Shown: piece after piece, positions 51,354 through 64,000 of the stretch
Numbering within the stretch: the first letter of the stretch is position 1
Layout of the letters: each line of letters begins with the position of its first letter
NCBI RefSeq assembly: GCF_037042905.1
Contig: NC_087245.1
Location: 26,600,001-26,664,000 of the forward strand
Direction: 5' to 3'
Source of the DNA: Lytechinus pictus
Taxonomy: Eukaryota
DNA length: 64,000 nt
The notes under the pieces: generated by a model
The model's database searches: none
The model's input: the letters and a program-made list of their open reading frames with translations, nothing else
Told to the model about the DNA's origin: nothing
Position numbers and translations under genes: made by a program

Positions 51354-51633
51354 ACAAGTAGCACATGGTGAAGCCAAGGAGTTTGCTTGTAGACTCAACG
51401 CAAGTCGGTTCCAGGAGATCAGAAGAAACAATCCAAATCAGAAAATCCAGGCCCCTTTCTTCGAGACCAGCTCCAAGACCGGTGCAAATGTGGACCAAGT
51501 GTTTGAATATATATTCAGCAGTATCTTGCCAAGGACAGGGGGAAATATGGCACAAAAGAAGGACACAGTTGATATGAGCGGTGACTCTGGGAATTCTAAA
51601 GAACAGCTCAAAAAGAAAGGGTGCTGCAATTGA
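51354..51633 (+). CDS. RAB20: Rab20-like GTPase, exon 5 (G5, C-terminal prenylation signal)
   Basis: ctacag|A; FFETSSKTGANVDQVF, ends KKKGCCN-stop. The five exons total 669 nt = 222 aa + stop. Confidence 0.93.
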
Positions 51634-52078
51634 CACACATCTCGCGTCATGTATTTTTCAGATAGAAATGTTTAATATAAGAAGTTCCAGCACAGCATCC
51701 AGACAATGTGGTAAGAAATGCGTGTTTGTCCTGTCCTTGTTCTTGTGTTGTTAATATTATGGTATTTCATGAGAAATTCCTTAATTTTCTATATACACGT
51801 AGTATGATATGGCATGCAAAGTATTGATTTTAATGAAAAATGCACTGTTCGTGTGATAACTCAAGAAACCTTTGACGGATGAACTTCATATTTGGATCAT
51901 GTATGCATAGGGGAATGACAATGATTGATTTGTTTTGGGGCATGGAGGTCAAATGTTGAATGTCACAGAGTTTTAAATACCTTAAATGCCTTGTTCTTGT
52001 AATAACTCAAGTACTGTTTGACATATCATCTTCAAACTTTGGTCATGTAAGCATATTGGAGTGATGGTGATCTGTTAA

Positions 52079-52602
52079 AGGGATACTCCAGGCTGAAAAT
52101 AATATGATTTGAACAGATTAAGAAAAATCATACAAACAAAACACTGAAAAGTTGATCAAAATTGGACAAGGAATAACAAAGTTATGGCACTTTAAAGCTT
52201 TGCATTTTTCCGATGAAACTTTTCTAGGCATGTCTTCATGAATATTCAATGAGCAAACTGATGATGTCATATCCCCACTTGTTCTTTTGTATTTTATTAT
52301 ATGAAATTAGGTTTATTCAAAAAATTTCTACCAAGAACTAGATTAATTGAATTGAATAATAATTAAGTGCAATAATTATTTATTGCTGCAACTTATTTCA
52401 TCATAATGGAGACACATCATTTACACATTAATTAAAAAATGAATTAATTTTAATATCATGTAATAACATAAGAAAAATGGAAATCTTAAACATTCAATAA
52501 CTTTGTTATTTGTTATCCGATTTGATGAAATTTTCAGCACTTTGCTCTGTAAATTTTACTCTATTTCCTTAGATACAAATATCTTCAGCCCGGAGCATCC
52601 CT
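52079..52602. mobile_element. Kolobok-like MITE (TTAA TSD) downstream of the Rab stop codon
   Basis: TTAA|AGGGATACTCCAGGCTGAA ... TTCAGCCCGGAGCATCCCT|TTAA. Confidence 0.88.
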
Positions 52603-55600
52603 TTAAGTTTTGCAGATCACAATGTCAAAGGTTCAAATTCAGAGATCATTATACCTGAAAATGCATGCATTGTACATGTACTTATGATAGCTGATTAACA
52701 AATTTGAGGTATCAACTTCAAAAGTTGAAAATGATCTGATTAGTTTTGGGAAGCAGAGATCGAAGGTCACAGAGGTCATACATCTTGAAATACATGTATA
52801 TAATTTTCATGATAATTCAAGAACTGTTTGATGGACTGACTTCAATCTTCGACCCCATTCTCATCTATGTTGGTAAACTAGTTTAGTGGAACCAGTTTAG
52901 TGGGAACTAATTTAATGTGTAATGGAGATGCTTGAAGCAGTCTTGGAAGCGATCTTAAGTGGTCTTCCAAACCAGTTTGGAAAACCACCTTGTGATGTGG
53001 CTTTCAAAACTGCTTTGCCTTTTTAAACTGGTTTAAGTGTAGGTGAATTATACACAACTGTTCTTCAGGAAGCTATCTTCGCACAGAAGTATGAGACTGT
53101 GCAAACTCAGTATACAATGTGTGTAGAATGTCTACGTTGCGGTTTCAAATTTCACATGAGACAATTGACTCCACTGAGATCGTTCCCCAGAGCAACAAGA
53201 GCACTTTACCAATTTATCCTATCAATGCTAATGAAACTTGTTACTCACATTGGTCATGGAGTAAAGAGTGCAAGATACATTATTTAAGTGTGTCAGAAAC
53301 TGTTTTGCCATAGTAATTATGATGGTGTTGCCATTTCCTCACATAAGACCATGGTGACCGCCAGGCTGGGGTAAAGATCAACTTCAGTTTTATCATGATT
53401 TCAAAAGTATTTGATGATCAAAATTTTTAATTAATAGCTATTGTGTTTTAAAAAAACCTTGTATTTGAGGATTATCTAATTGAAAATTTATTTCACCATG
53501 ATACGTGTACATTTTCTTACATGTAAATTTGTTTTAACTCATAACATATTCACAGTTTTGACAAGCTCAATGTCAAAAAGTCATCACGGCTGCTTTATGG
53601 AGTTGCATGTGCAGGCGAGGGTGCCAGGGGCATTCCACCAATATTTAACTTACTACTAACATTATCTGATGTGTTTGTGTTTATATGTTGTTACTCAGTG
53701 ATTCATTGTTTGCTTATTTTGTTTGATATCAATTAGTTATAATATATAAGAACTGCATTTTTCTCACTTTCAGTAACTTTTTCCTTTGAAAATACTTTTA
53801 CCTCAACTTTTTAAACATCTTTTTATATCTAATGTTACTTCATATATACTTCACGTAATGAATTAACCATGTGACTTTTTAAAATGACAATTACACCCTC
53901 AATGTATGCATCACCCATGCATGACTTGATACTGTATATCAAAATATTTTCCTAAAAAGTTGGTCAGTGGGAGTGACACTCCACTCTTGCCTTATTATTT
54001 CGCTAAAGCCTGTTTTGTTTGATAAACAGAGAATATTTTAAAGGGGATGATGTTCTTTTTGCTGGTTTTTATGAAGGATTAAAAATCAATGTGAATCTGA
54101 TTATTATTATTACTATTGTTAATGTGTACATGTTATTTTACAACCAAGCTACATATATACCCAACACTGGTCTCTAATAATAATGATTAATAGAACATTA
54201 TAAAAGAAGATAAATACACAATATAATGATTTGAGAAAATTGGTAGTGTACAATAAGACCAGTCATTATAGGTATATACCTGCATAATAGTTATGATAAA
54301 TTATGAAGTATCATTAAAAATCAGCTTTGATGGAGATATAATGAATTTGTAAAGCTAAGACTGAGAATAATATTGAAATAAAACGAAAACATGGTTTGAC
54401 TGTGCAGGAAAAATGTTGTTTTAGCTTAGCATGAATTTTACAGTTTGTAAACTACATGTAGGTATACATTCAAAAATGAAATTAGAGATAAATTAAAGAT
54501 AAATTTAAAGCAGAGAAAATGAATGTAGACATGATTGATAATGTGGGTTAAATATAACTTGACCATTTCATGGTAGAGTAAACAAGCCTTCTAGGCTTAT
54601 TGTTCATGTCTATAATATAAAAAATACTTTTACTCGTAATCATATCTCTGTGTTTATTACTGATATACTTCCTTTAAATTCACAGAGTGCCAAACAGATT
54701 CTAGTTGAACACATGTCTTTCATTAGAACTAACTAAAAAAGGAATATGATGTAATAAGAGTATTTCATAGTTGAAATCAATGTGGCTCTTTTAAGCACTC
54801 TGATTTGATATACAAACTGACCTGATTCAGTGATTCTACATCCACTTCCCTACAAGGACCAAAATTGTATTTTTTTGTAAAATTATTACTTAGTTATATA
54901 TTTCAAGACAATCATGTCCCAATTCATTTATATAAGCAGATATTCATGTATGTTCAAAATCAGTATGATTACCTGTGCCATCAATATTACCTTTCTACAA
55001 CTGTATTGATTGAAGCTCACCTTGTAACAATTTACTCTATTTTTCACTGGATATTTTTGGGAATAGTTGTTTTTTATTCTAAAAAATGCTGTATGGGTCA
55101 AAATCCTGGCCTTCCTTTTAAGTGTATGGACCTCTGATTAGGTACCCATTTCATTACTTACTATTATGGCAAGTATATCATTATGAAAAATACCATAGAG
55201 ATTTGAGTTTAGTGGCATGCTGCTAAGTCATGTTACCATGGCAATTACAGTATGGTAATGGCAAAGCAACCACAACCATGAGTTCTGTGCGAAATGGGCC
55301 CCTCATGAATTCAACAATCATGGAGTCACAAAAAGGGGGCGTTCAAATTGGTGTTCATGTTTTCAAGGGAAGTGCAGTCAAACTCAGTGGTTTTCTCATG
55401 GCATTGATCTTGTTAATCCTAGGCTAACTCAAGGTTAACTAAGACTACACTTTTTATAGAATGCCAGCCAGTTCATTTACATACTAGAAGTACAAATTGT
55501 CAAATTTTGTAGAGATCCCCCTCCCCTTAGAGAAACAATTATTTAATGAGAAGAAAACTACCATTTGAGTACAATCAAGTTTCAATGAATATTTTGATGC

Positions 55601-55727
55601 ATTACGGTATCCTATTTCATGAATATTGAATGAGAAAGGCAAAATATAGCATTCCATAGAAGTCTTGACTAAAATTCTTATTCAGTTCCACTCGCATCCT
55701 TTGGAAAAGTGTTATCTTCTGTATTTG

Positions 55728-55758
55728 TTAATTATTATTAATATTATTATCATTATCA

Positions 55759-55803
<45 letters not shown>

Positions 55804-55865
55804 TTATTATTATCATTGTTATTGTTCATTATTATGATTATTAATATTATGGTTGTTGTTATCAG
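55728..55865. repeat. (ATT)n microsatellite
   Basis: Direct reading. Confidence 0.95.
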
Positions 55866-58800
55866 CATTGTTGTTAAAAGCACCATTGTTATTATCTTCT
55901 TCATTCATCTACACTACAGCACGTTATAGTAGTTAGCTAGTTTTAGTAAATCATCTACAGGGTCCCCCCAAAGCTAGACTGGATCCCATCGAGTATATTC
56001 TATTTGTGCATTATTGGGTCATGTGATATGCAGATAATATGCAGTCATGTAATATACATGCTGGATATCTCTGCTCATTTACAGAATGTATTAATGGTAG
56101 AAAATGGGGGGGGGGGTATTCTTCTCTAGATTAAAAGTAGTAATGAATCACCCCTATCACTTTGGTAATCAATGCCGAGACTCTAGATTTTACTCTGGGG
56201 AAATCTTTGTAATATGGGGGGGGGGTATTTGGGGCTAAGTTAATGACTAATTTATTGTATGTAATCTAATTCTTCCTATCAATGTGAATATATTTTCTTA
56301 AGCAAGAAGCAAGAATTATCATGTATGCCATTATCCTTTTGACAAAAATGGACACAATAAATGAAATGAATGATATGAAATTATATGTTCCATCTTCCAG
56401 CAAAGACAAGCCTTTTCAAGTCACTCTCATATTATGTTAACAACTTTCTGAAATGATTGCTCATGGTAGTAAAATAAAGGAACAAATGTATTTCAGCAAT
56501 GTAGATTTTAACAAAATTTGTAAAGTACTTATATAAAGTATTTCCATTTGCAAGATTTTATCATGAGAGATTTATGCAGATTTTATGATGAGCAAGATGT
56601 GGAGAGGTGAAATGTTAAAACAATAAAGGAGCGAATATTTTCATCCAGTTAAGTGGTGTGTTGAAATGATTTCTTTGACTTTATCTTCTTGATAAGTACT
56701 TATTTTGTTTATAATTTTTTATATGAAAGTTTAGATAATTTTTGAAGTTAAGGGCCCTCATGCGAACCCATTATCAATGAAGATTATATTCATAACATTT
56801 TGTTTCTCACCCCCTTGAATATGTTACATTTGTCGTATTTGATTATGTTTTAATTTATTATCTCATTTTAATCTTCTCCTAAAAATGAGTGCTAATTATG
56901 AATAATTTCGTCTCATCCCGAATATTCCTCTCTTACAGTCGATTACTTCAAGTCGTCTAAGGGCTTGTTCAATTTTGATTTTCAAATTTAAACAGCAACG
57001 TGAATCACGATTCAAAACGAAATTACACAACCCAGATATAATGAGAAACGAAAATAGTCGAACATGTCTAAATATACCACCCAGAGTTCAGTACGAGTTT
57101 AACCGTATGCCTTACAGTCTTCAAATTGGAGCTAAGAAAAACAGAGGAGCAATTGTATCTCTATACTTTACCAGTTCATATTACATAGTTTACATTTCAC
57201 AAAGTTACAATGCCGATATTCATTCGGGCAGTCAAATATCAACATCAGCATGTAAAATAGAGAGCATTCAACGGAAAATGGAATCGACCCAATTCGATTC
57301 TGACCTTAGGCTTTTCTTTCGTTCTGAGCCGTCACAATAACAACAAATATTTATGCATATTATAGGTATAGTTGGTTTTGGAGTTGGAATTACCATGGTG
57401 GAATATATAGCCATGATAGTTTGCGATTTTCTTGTTCAAATTATTTTTTCGACGACATTGTCGACAAAGTAAACTTAAGATGAGTTGAAAAAGCCCCTGA
57501 CAATCTATAGTTACTTTTATGTGGCCCTCAAAATGGGTAGAGTTCGGACGTTTTGACAGTTACTACTCGTAGATCAACAAACATTGTATTGATCTTGTTC
57601 AGACTCTATAGAAAAGTGCATGGATATTCTCACGAAAAATAAAATTGAGGTAATTCACCAATCGATTTAAATTCTTATCAAATTCAATATTTGTTTAGAG
57701 TGTTGGCCTACGTGAAGTTGCATTTAAAGAAAACTCATTTGATAATTTGTTCCGATTGAGAGTATGATATAATTATGAAATGTTAATTGTAAACGACGAT
57801 TTAACATGATTATGGTGGTAGCCAGCATTCGAAAAACGTATTGCATTTAAGATTGTTTCAGCAATATTATATATTAAATGAGAGAGGGGAGGGAGGGGAG
57901 ATGAGAAAGAAAGAGGGGGAGTGGACATGATGGAATAAGATGAGAAGGGTGGTGGATGGAGAGCGTGAGGTTTTAAAATGGATCCACCTGTCCGTCAACG
58001 GAACCTACATGTATGTTCACGAAGAAAATAATGATCTCTGACGCCATTTCTTTCGATATATATATAGAGCACACTGATGACATGCTTTGAATAACAATTA
58101 AGTTTGTGTTCGCCCATTGTTTCCTTAAAAGCATTTGTATACTCGCTTGAAGGGCTTGTAAGAGAATCTCTCGCACTCTCATCCTGTTCTCCTTGAGTAT
58201 GTATTCTTGCTTGAGCAAACAATCCAATGAGAAACGGAATCCTGACAAGTTTGTTGGAGAGCTCCCGAGTTGGTGCCTTTGATCAATCAAGCACGGTCAC
58301 ACCAGCACAATAGGCGCCAAATCGACAACCGTCCGAGCGAAAATATCGCCTTACGTCTGTGGATAGTCGAGTATCGATTGCGTTGAAGGTTGTCTGGCTG
58401 TGTGACTTAATATCTGAGTGTATTTTTATCATCAGGAGGCAAGGTCTGATGGGTATGAAGCGTAATATCAAATCACTCTAGATTTCTTCCCTCGACTGTT
58501 CACAACTGGTAATGAAGTCTTCTCTTCCCTTCAATTAGTAGTCTTAATGGATATTTTGAGATAGCTTGAAACTGTTTTATTCTGAAAGCATGATTTTCAG
58601 AAACTTGAAAAGGAGATAAATGGGTCTAGTTTTCTGTATGGTTATTCTGACTCTTCATTTTGCTGAATCGTCGGATTTTTGTTCAATATTGTATGGCAAG
58701 AGCACATTACTCTGGATGTTCGTATTCAACCTGAACAATGTGATCTGTAAACGACATCAATTAATTCAGGAAAATTCCACATCGTGCCACAAACTCCAGT

Positions 58801-59086
58801 TTGCAGAGTTTAAATTTCTTCATTTTGGACAATTTTAGTGCATAAGAGAAATGCACTGGACGCATTGTGTAGAGGATGTGAATCAAATTACTGATACAAA
58901 TTCGCTTTTATGCAACCATCAACTTTTCACTTCATTCATTGTTTTATTGAAATGAAAATACAATAAACAATCTTGAAACTGTAACCGAATCATATACTTT
59001 GGAACCTTGAATACAGATGGAGATCTCGATAATGGCGTTTGTAGCAATGAAGTATTCGGAAAGCGCATAAGATTTTACTTTTTAGG

Positions 59087-60196
59087 ATGGGAATTTCTGA
59101 TATGACATCGTCATCTTTGCAAGCAACTCGGACCCATAACCCTAGCCGACGAGCTAGCGAGGGTATGATCGACCTCAGAAGACCAACACTTCCCCCGCTT
59201 CCCAAAAGCAAGAATTCAACTTTAAAAGGCCCTAAGTCACAGCAGCAGAGTGTCTCCCCCGTCATCACAGTGGTGGTCACCGATGACGAACCGATATCAA
59301 GTTCTCCGCAAAGACTATTTAGACGTCGGGGTTCGTCACCGTGGAGTAAGATTAGCTCCCCATCGAGTCCCCAGTCTCTCTCGTCATCGTCTCATCATAT
59401 TCTCGCTCCTTCACCTCCGCCACGGTCGTCATCGCCCTTCACCTCGTCCCAAAACATTCAGCAAGCGCGAAATGGACGATACCGGAGGGGGTCGTTGCCC
59501 GCAAGTACCCTGAGTCCAATTTTGCCGAACTCGTACTCGGACTGGAAAAATGTACTATCAGTTCCGAGTCAAAGTCGGCCTAACCGCACTGAACTGTCAT
59601 CAGAAAGAGATAGGCCTGGATTGGATCATAATTCAAACGCACTTCAACAGGAAAGTCTACCCCCGAGTCTATTTTCGAAGCAGCGATCGGTGTCACCTAA
59701 CCCTGAAAGATCGCGCCCGACTGTACATCGACGTCGAAGTGACGGAGCAATCTACTCCCATACTGACCGTCACCATGGGGAAAAATCAGTAATTGGTAAT
59801 CGAAGTCGGACAATCAGTGAATCTCAAAATAAAAACAGTTCTTTTAAGTTAGAGAGCGATGAACAATTTCGACGGCACCGAAAGCCGAAACATGAAGTAA
59901 CCGTCGACGAAACACCTCAAGAGACACTTTGTCTGGAGCACAAAAGGGACGATTGTGCGTTTATTCCTATTACTAACGACGGACACTTGGTAGGAGATGA
60001 TGACGAGTGTGGGCATGATTTCGACGATGATCAGGATGCGGATACACGTCAGTGGATTCTTCATTGGTTAGAGGGTGTCGAAAAAAGTTCAGAAAGAACA
60101 CCAGCTCTAGCCCTTGATGATGTTTGTCGTTATAATGAGGTCCGAGAGACAGCAATTAAGGTTTACTATGATGGCAAAGAACAATCGGAAACATGA
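59087..60196 (+). CDS. Uncharacterised single-exon Ser/Pro/Arg-rich protein (369 aa)
   Basis: Long, GC-enriched ORF in AT-rich context, AGGATGG start context; disordered composition with an acidic C-terminal segment and a WILHWLEGVE helix. Confidence 0.75.
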   Translation: MGISDMTSSSLQATRTHNPSRRASEGMIDLRRPTLPPLPKSKNSTLKGPKSQQQSVSPVITVVVTDDEPISSSPQRLFRRRGSSPWSKISSPSSPQSLSSSSHHILAPSPPPRSSSPFTSSQNIQQARNGRYRRGSLPASTLSPILPNSYSDWKNVLSVPSQSRPNRTELSSERDRPGLDHNSNALQQESLPPSLFSKQRSVSPNPERSRPTVHRRRSDGAIYSHTDRHHGEKSVIGNRSRTISESQNKNSSFKLESDEQFRRHRKPKHEVTVDETPQETLCLEHKRDDCAFIPITNDGHLVGDDDECGHDFDDDQDADTRQWILHWLEGVEKSSERTPALALDDVCRYNEVRETAIKVYYDGKEQSET

Positions 60197-61565
60197 AACC
60201 AAAAAAATCATAATAAACCAAGCAACGAAACGTACCTGGTTTTATTTAGTTGCTAAGCACTGTAACGTAAGCTTATGAGCCCATCTTGGCAATCACTGTA
60301 CTTTAATTGTGTTGATAAGGGGTAAATGATGACCATTTGCTAAGTCAAAATATTATTTATTCATCGTCCTTCACATTGAGGTAGGGGACGATATAGGACA
60401 TGGGCTACCAATTTTCAAAAGTTTTTTTTTCACAAACAAAATCACCCATGAAGAGTTTGCTTCGCTCTCTCTTGTTGGATATTCTAACTTTTTCTCCCAG
60501 ATCCTCTCGTAACGAAACCACGTGCCCATGGCTGCCAAAAACAATAGTTTTTAATCATTTACATGTATAGAGTTTTTCTAATTAATATAGACCGAACTTT
60601 CTTCCATGCAGGCCATAATAACCGACTTGCAAACCAATAGATAATAATTTTGTATAAAGGCTTTTATTGACAAAAAGTGTCATCCCAAGAAAAGCGTGAG
60701 ATAAGAAACAGTATGCTAATGACATTGATAAAAAAAGGTGTTTCAAAATATTGTAAACGATACTTTGCATACTATGCTTCTCTGGGAGTGGTGCCACCCG
60801 ACCGTCAAAGAACTATTCTGTTCCTTTTGCAATACTTTTTCTACAATTATGTTTTCTATATAATATACATGTGGCACAATTCAATCTTATTATAATAATA
60901 AAATTAGAATAATATTTTTGGTTACAATTAATGGCCAGAAGCTAGGCCATGCAGCAGGGGAATACAAGATATCTTATCATGCTTATAGATTGTGTCCGAA
61001 GTATTATGTAAAGCAGTTTTTGACCATTAAAGAAATTGGGGGGGGGGTTGATAAGTGTTGGAGACATGAAATACACCCCCCCCCCTCTGGATAGGCCTAA
61101 ATGTAAAATGAAGAAGCACCCAGATTTAAGAGACTTTTATCAGATAAATCTCTTAGCGAAACTGTAAAGTGTGTAAGTTAATTTGCATTTAAGGGGCCAT
61201 TTGACACTCACACCAGCAAAACCGACTCCAAACTGGCCGATATGTGAATGGAAATGAAAGATTGATTGGATTTGGACGTTGTGGATTCGGATTCGCTGGC
61301 TTGACTGCGGCGTGATCCTACAGTGTTGGTTTTACAAAATAATTTTTAAAATAAGATTTGCGTGTGATTATTTTTTGTAATGAAATTGGTAATGAAAATT
61401 ATTGTGTCTAAATAAATGATAAATATTTGAGGAGATGTTTGAAAATGATTCATTCTTTTTTTATTTCTTTCTCCGAGGAATGTGTAAACACTTTTTACAG
61501 TAATAATAATATACTTTAAAAGCTTATACAACATGTATATGACATTAATTCCTCATTGATACAAA

Positions 61566-62231
61566 CAGGGGCAGCGTTAGAGTGATATATTGTCAATTCG
61601 TCCACTGCCAACTCGTCCACTCACCACATGGTCTACCTTCATTTAGTCTAATGCCATTCCATCCTTCAACATTTCGTCTAACAACCATTTGGTCCAATAA
61701 CCATTTGGTTTAATCATCACTTCGTCTAATCATCAGTTCGTCTATAACCATTTCTTCTAATAACCACTTGGTCTAATATCAATTTTCTTTTCATTCATTT
61801 TGCACAATTAACACTTAAGTTTAATTAGACCACATGGTATATGGACTAAATGGCTACTGGACCAACTGGTTATTAGAAGGAATGGCACGAGAATAAATGG
61901 GAGTGGAACATTGTGGTGAGTGGACGAACTGATGGTAGACCAAATGATAGTAGACGAGTTGGTAAATGGACGAATTGGCATTAGACGAATTGGAGATAAA
62001 CCGTTAGAGGTGGCAGGGGTGGCCGCACCCTGTAGTATTTCAAGTGGTGAAAAAGAGGAGAAAAAGAAGGGGAAAACAGGAAGAAAGAATGAAAAGGTAT
62101 ATATATATATAGAGAGAGAGAGAGAGGCATGAGTAGTGAAAAATTATATAATATATTACCCCTATTGAAAAAATATGACGTCACCTGTAGACCCCCCCCC
62201 CCCCAATCAATCTATGCTAGCGCCGCCCCTG
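61566..62231. mobile_element. hAT-type MITE containing a nested MITE
   Basis: CAGGGGCAGCGTTAG ... CTAGCGCCGCCCCTG; TSD GATACAAA/GATAAAAA (7/8). Confidence 0.75.
61582..62003. mobile_element. Nested MITE built of inverted short repeats
   Basis: CAATTCGTCCAC/TCGTCTAA units on the left arm, TTAGACGAATTG/GTGGACGA units on the right arm. Confidence 0.7.
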
Positions 62232-62975
62232 GATAAAAAAATAATTGAACGCAAGAGAAAAAGAGGGGGCGGGAGCTTATTAAGTGCATTAAAATTGCAG
62301 GCCTTATTGAATTTATTTCATGAAATGCAATTTGATGACGGATAAATTCAATAGAGCCTGAAATCTTGTTTCCTTCGTTTTATTTTCACCCCCTCCCTAT
62401 TCGTTATTATTCATGGTGGAGGAGGCGCAGGACCGTTTCGGCACAGCCTCCTCCCTTCTTCATTTTCATTTTCCCCTCTTCAATAATGTCCCTCTTCCGT
62501 TTTATTTCTTTCACTTTTTTGTTTTGTTTTGTTTTTGCTTGGGGTCAGGGGAGGGGAGCAAGTCCCCCTTGCCACCCTTGGTCATAGCCTGTTGAAGACA
62601 ATGTCCTTTGGCAACCTGAATTACCCTTTTCCCTTCTTTTATTCCGTCATGTGGAAAGAAAAAAAAACTATTCAACTTATACGCGTATGGGCAGAGACTG
62701 TCTTATTTTTCTTCAATTTCCATTTTCTCCATGTTGGGGGATTTGTGGTATTGTCATAACTCATAACTTTAAAATTTTATGGATCTAGTTTATGAATCTT
62801 GGACATAAGAGCAATCAAGTATCCCTAAACATCCTGTCTGAGTTTCAGGTCACATGATTAAGATCAAAGGTCATTTAAGGTCAATGAACTGTGGCCGTGT
62901 GTTGGGGGTATTTCTTGAATTGCCCTCATAACTTAGAAATTCTGAGCAAGTTCATGAAACATTTTGGGTCAATGG

Positions 62976-64000
62976 CATAGGCGGATCCAGGGGGGCCGAG
63001 GGGCCCGGCCCCCCTATTGGCGGAGCCAAAAAAAGGAAAGAAAGGGAAAAAAGAAAGAAAGAAAGAAAAAAAAGGAAAAGAGCGGAGAAAAAAAGAAGAA
63101 GAGGAAGACGAGTGAATAAAAATATTGAAATGAGGGGAAAACTTGGAAAATAAAAAGAATCTTTCATGTCACTGTATAAAATTTTCGCTCGCGCTTCGCG
63201 CTCGCATTGCCTGTTAGGTGATTTCCATAACTTGTTCAATATTGAGCTTAAATACCAAGTTTGGAAGTCAATATATAAAACATATTTCAACTCGGAAAAT
63301 CGAACTTTCATTATTTTGTGTGATTTACAAATTGATTTTTATAAAGTGCTATGTAAAAATGTCAGTTTTATGGTCTGAATATTAACATTTTCTGCTCGCG
63401 CTGCGCACTCGCAAATTTTGATTTATCAGGTACTTACTATTTTCGTGTGTACCATAAAGTTTTCAAAATATCCCTTTTCAGGTCTGCTTGTTAAAACGTA
63501 TCAGCTAGCGCTGCTTGCTCGCATTTTGATTGGCGAGTTACGTTTGTGTCAATATTGATTACACAACAAACTACTTAAAATCTCCTTTTCACGACAGTTT
63601 ATCAAAAATTTTGGCTCGCGATTTGCACTCGCATTAATTCCGCGCCCTCATTATGCATTGGTAAATAAGATATAAATTTATTAATTTAATTGTCCCTTTT
63701 GTTTCATCTCGCGCTTAGCAAGGACCCCATTGGAAATAAGCCATCTCGGCTTTCATGGGCAATCCTGTCAAGGTATACACTTCTGTTCATATTTTCTTGT
63801 ACTTGTTCATAGTTACCTGACAAATAAAATCAATCAATCAATCAATCAAGCAAGAGGAATAGAAAAATAGTCATCATTTTCATATGATGACATGTCCTAA
63901 GGATGTCCCGGTCCTATGTCAAAACTAAAAAAATGATAATGATGAAAAACATCGGCCCTTTATTAAGTGCGATCCATATCCACCTCACAATTTTCCTACA
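62976..64000. mobile_element. hAT-like MITE, inverted relative of 40352-41163; runs off the window edge
   Basis: Starts CATAGGCGGATCCAGGGG; interior colinear with the reverse complement of ~40500-41163. Confidence 0.75.
63721..63849 (+). mobile_element. Extreme 3' end of the LINE family seen at 14018-15392
   Basis: AGGACCCCATTGGAAATAAGCC..CGGCTTTCATGGGC.ATCCTGTCAAGGTAT is the reverse complement of ~14077-14131; AATAAA(ATCA)n tail. Confidence 0.85.

Noticed and set aside
56975..58471. Short ORFs upstream of the 369-aa gene
   Set aside because: No recognisable motifs or coherent splice chain; probably promoter or UTR sequence.

Overview
AT-rich, intron-containing animal genomic DNA. The repeat landscape suggests an invertebrate deuterostome such as a sea urchin (inference). 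Host genes reconstructed by hand from splice signals: (1) the last three exons of a sorting nexin with a C-terminal Nexin_C/PXC domain, most like SNX19 (+, 8614-9977); (2) a 3-coding-exon, ~630-aa protein with a long disordered N-terminus, a PPxY motif and two C-terminal transmembrane helices (-, 21412-24203); (3) a complete 5-exon, 222-aa Rab20-like GTPase with non-canonical G3/G4 motifs (+, 44090-51633); (4) a single-exon 369-aa Ser/Pro/Arg-rich ORF of unknown function (+, 59087-60196). The most notable structure is at 1-7994. It looks like the right arm of a large IS3EU-like DNA transposon (terminus ...GGGCTCCGTA, ~15 palindromic 21-bp subterminal repeats) lying in an intron of the sorting nexin. 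It carries a spliced antisense cargo gene (SAM-like domain + 15-aa repeats + HECT-type E3 ligase domain) with one frameshift; the ORF track largely misses it. The rest is dense with non-autonomous transposons (TTAA Kolobok/piggyBac-type, 8-bp-TSD hAT-type, Harbinger-, Tc1- and IS3EU-type), LINE fragments, a tRNA-derived SINE, several nested insertions, and a Penelope-like remnant with a minimal hammerhead-ribozyme motif. All family assignments come from motif recognition; no database search was run.
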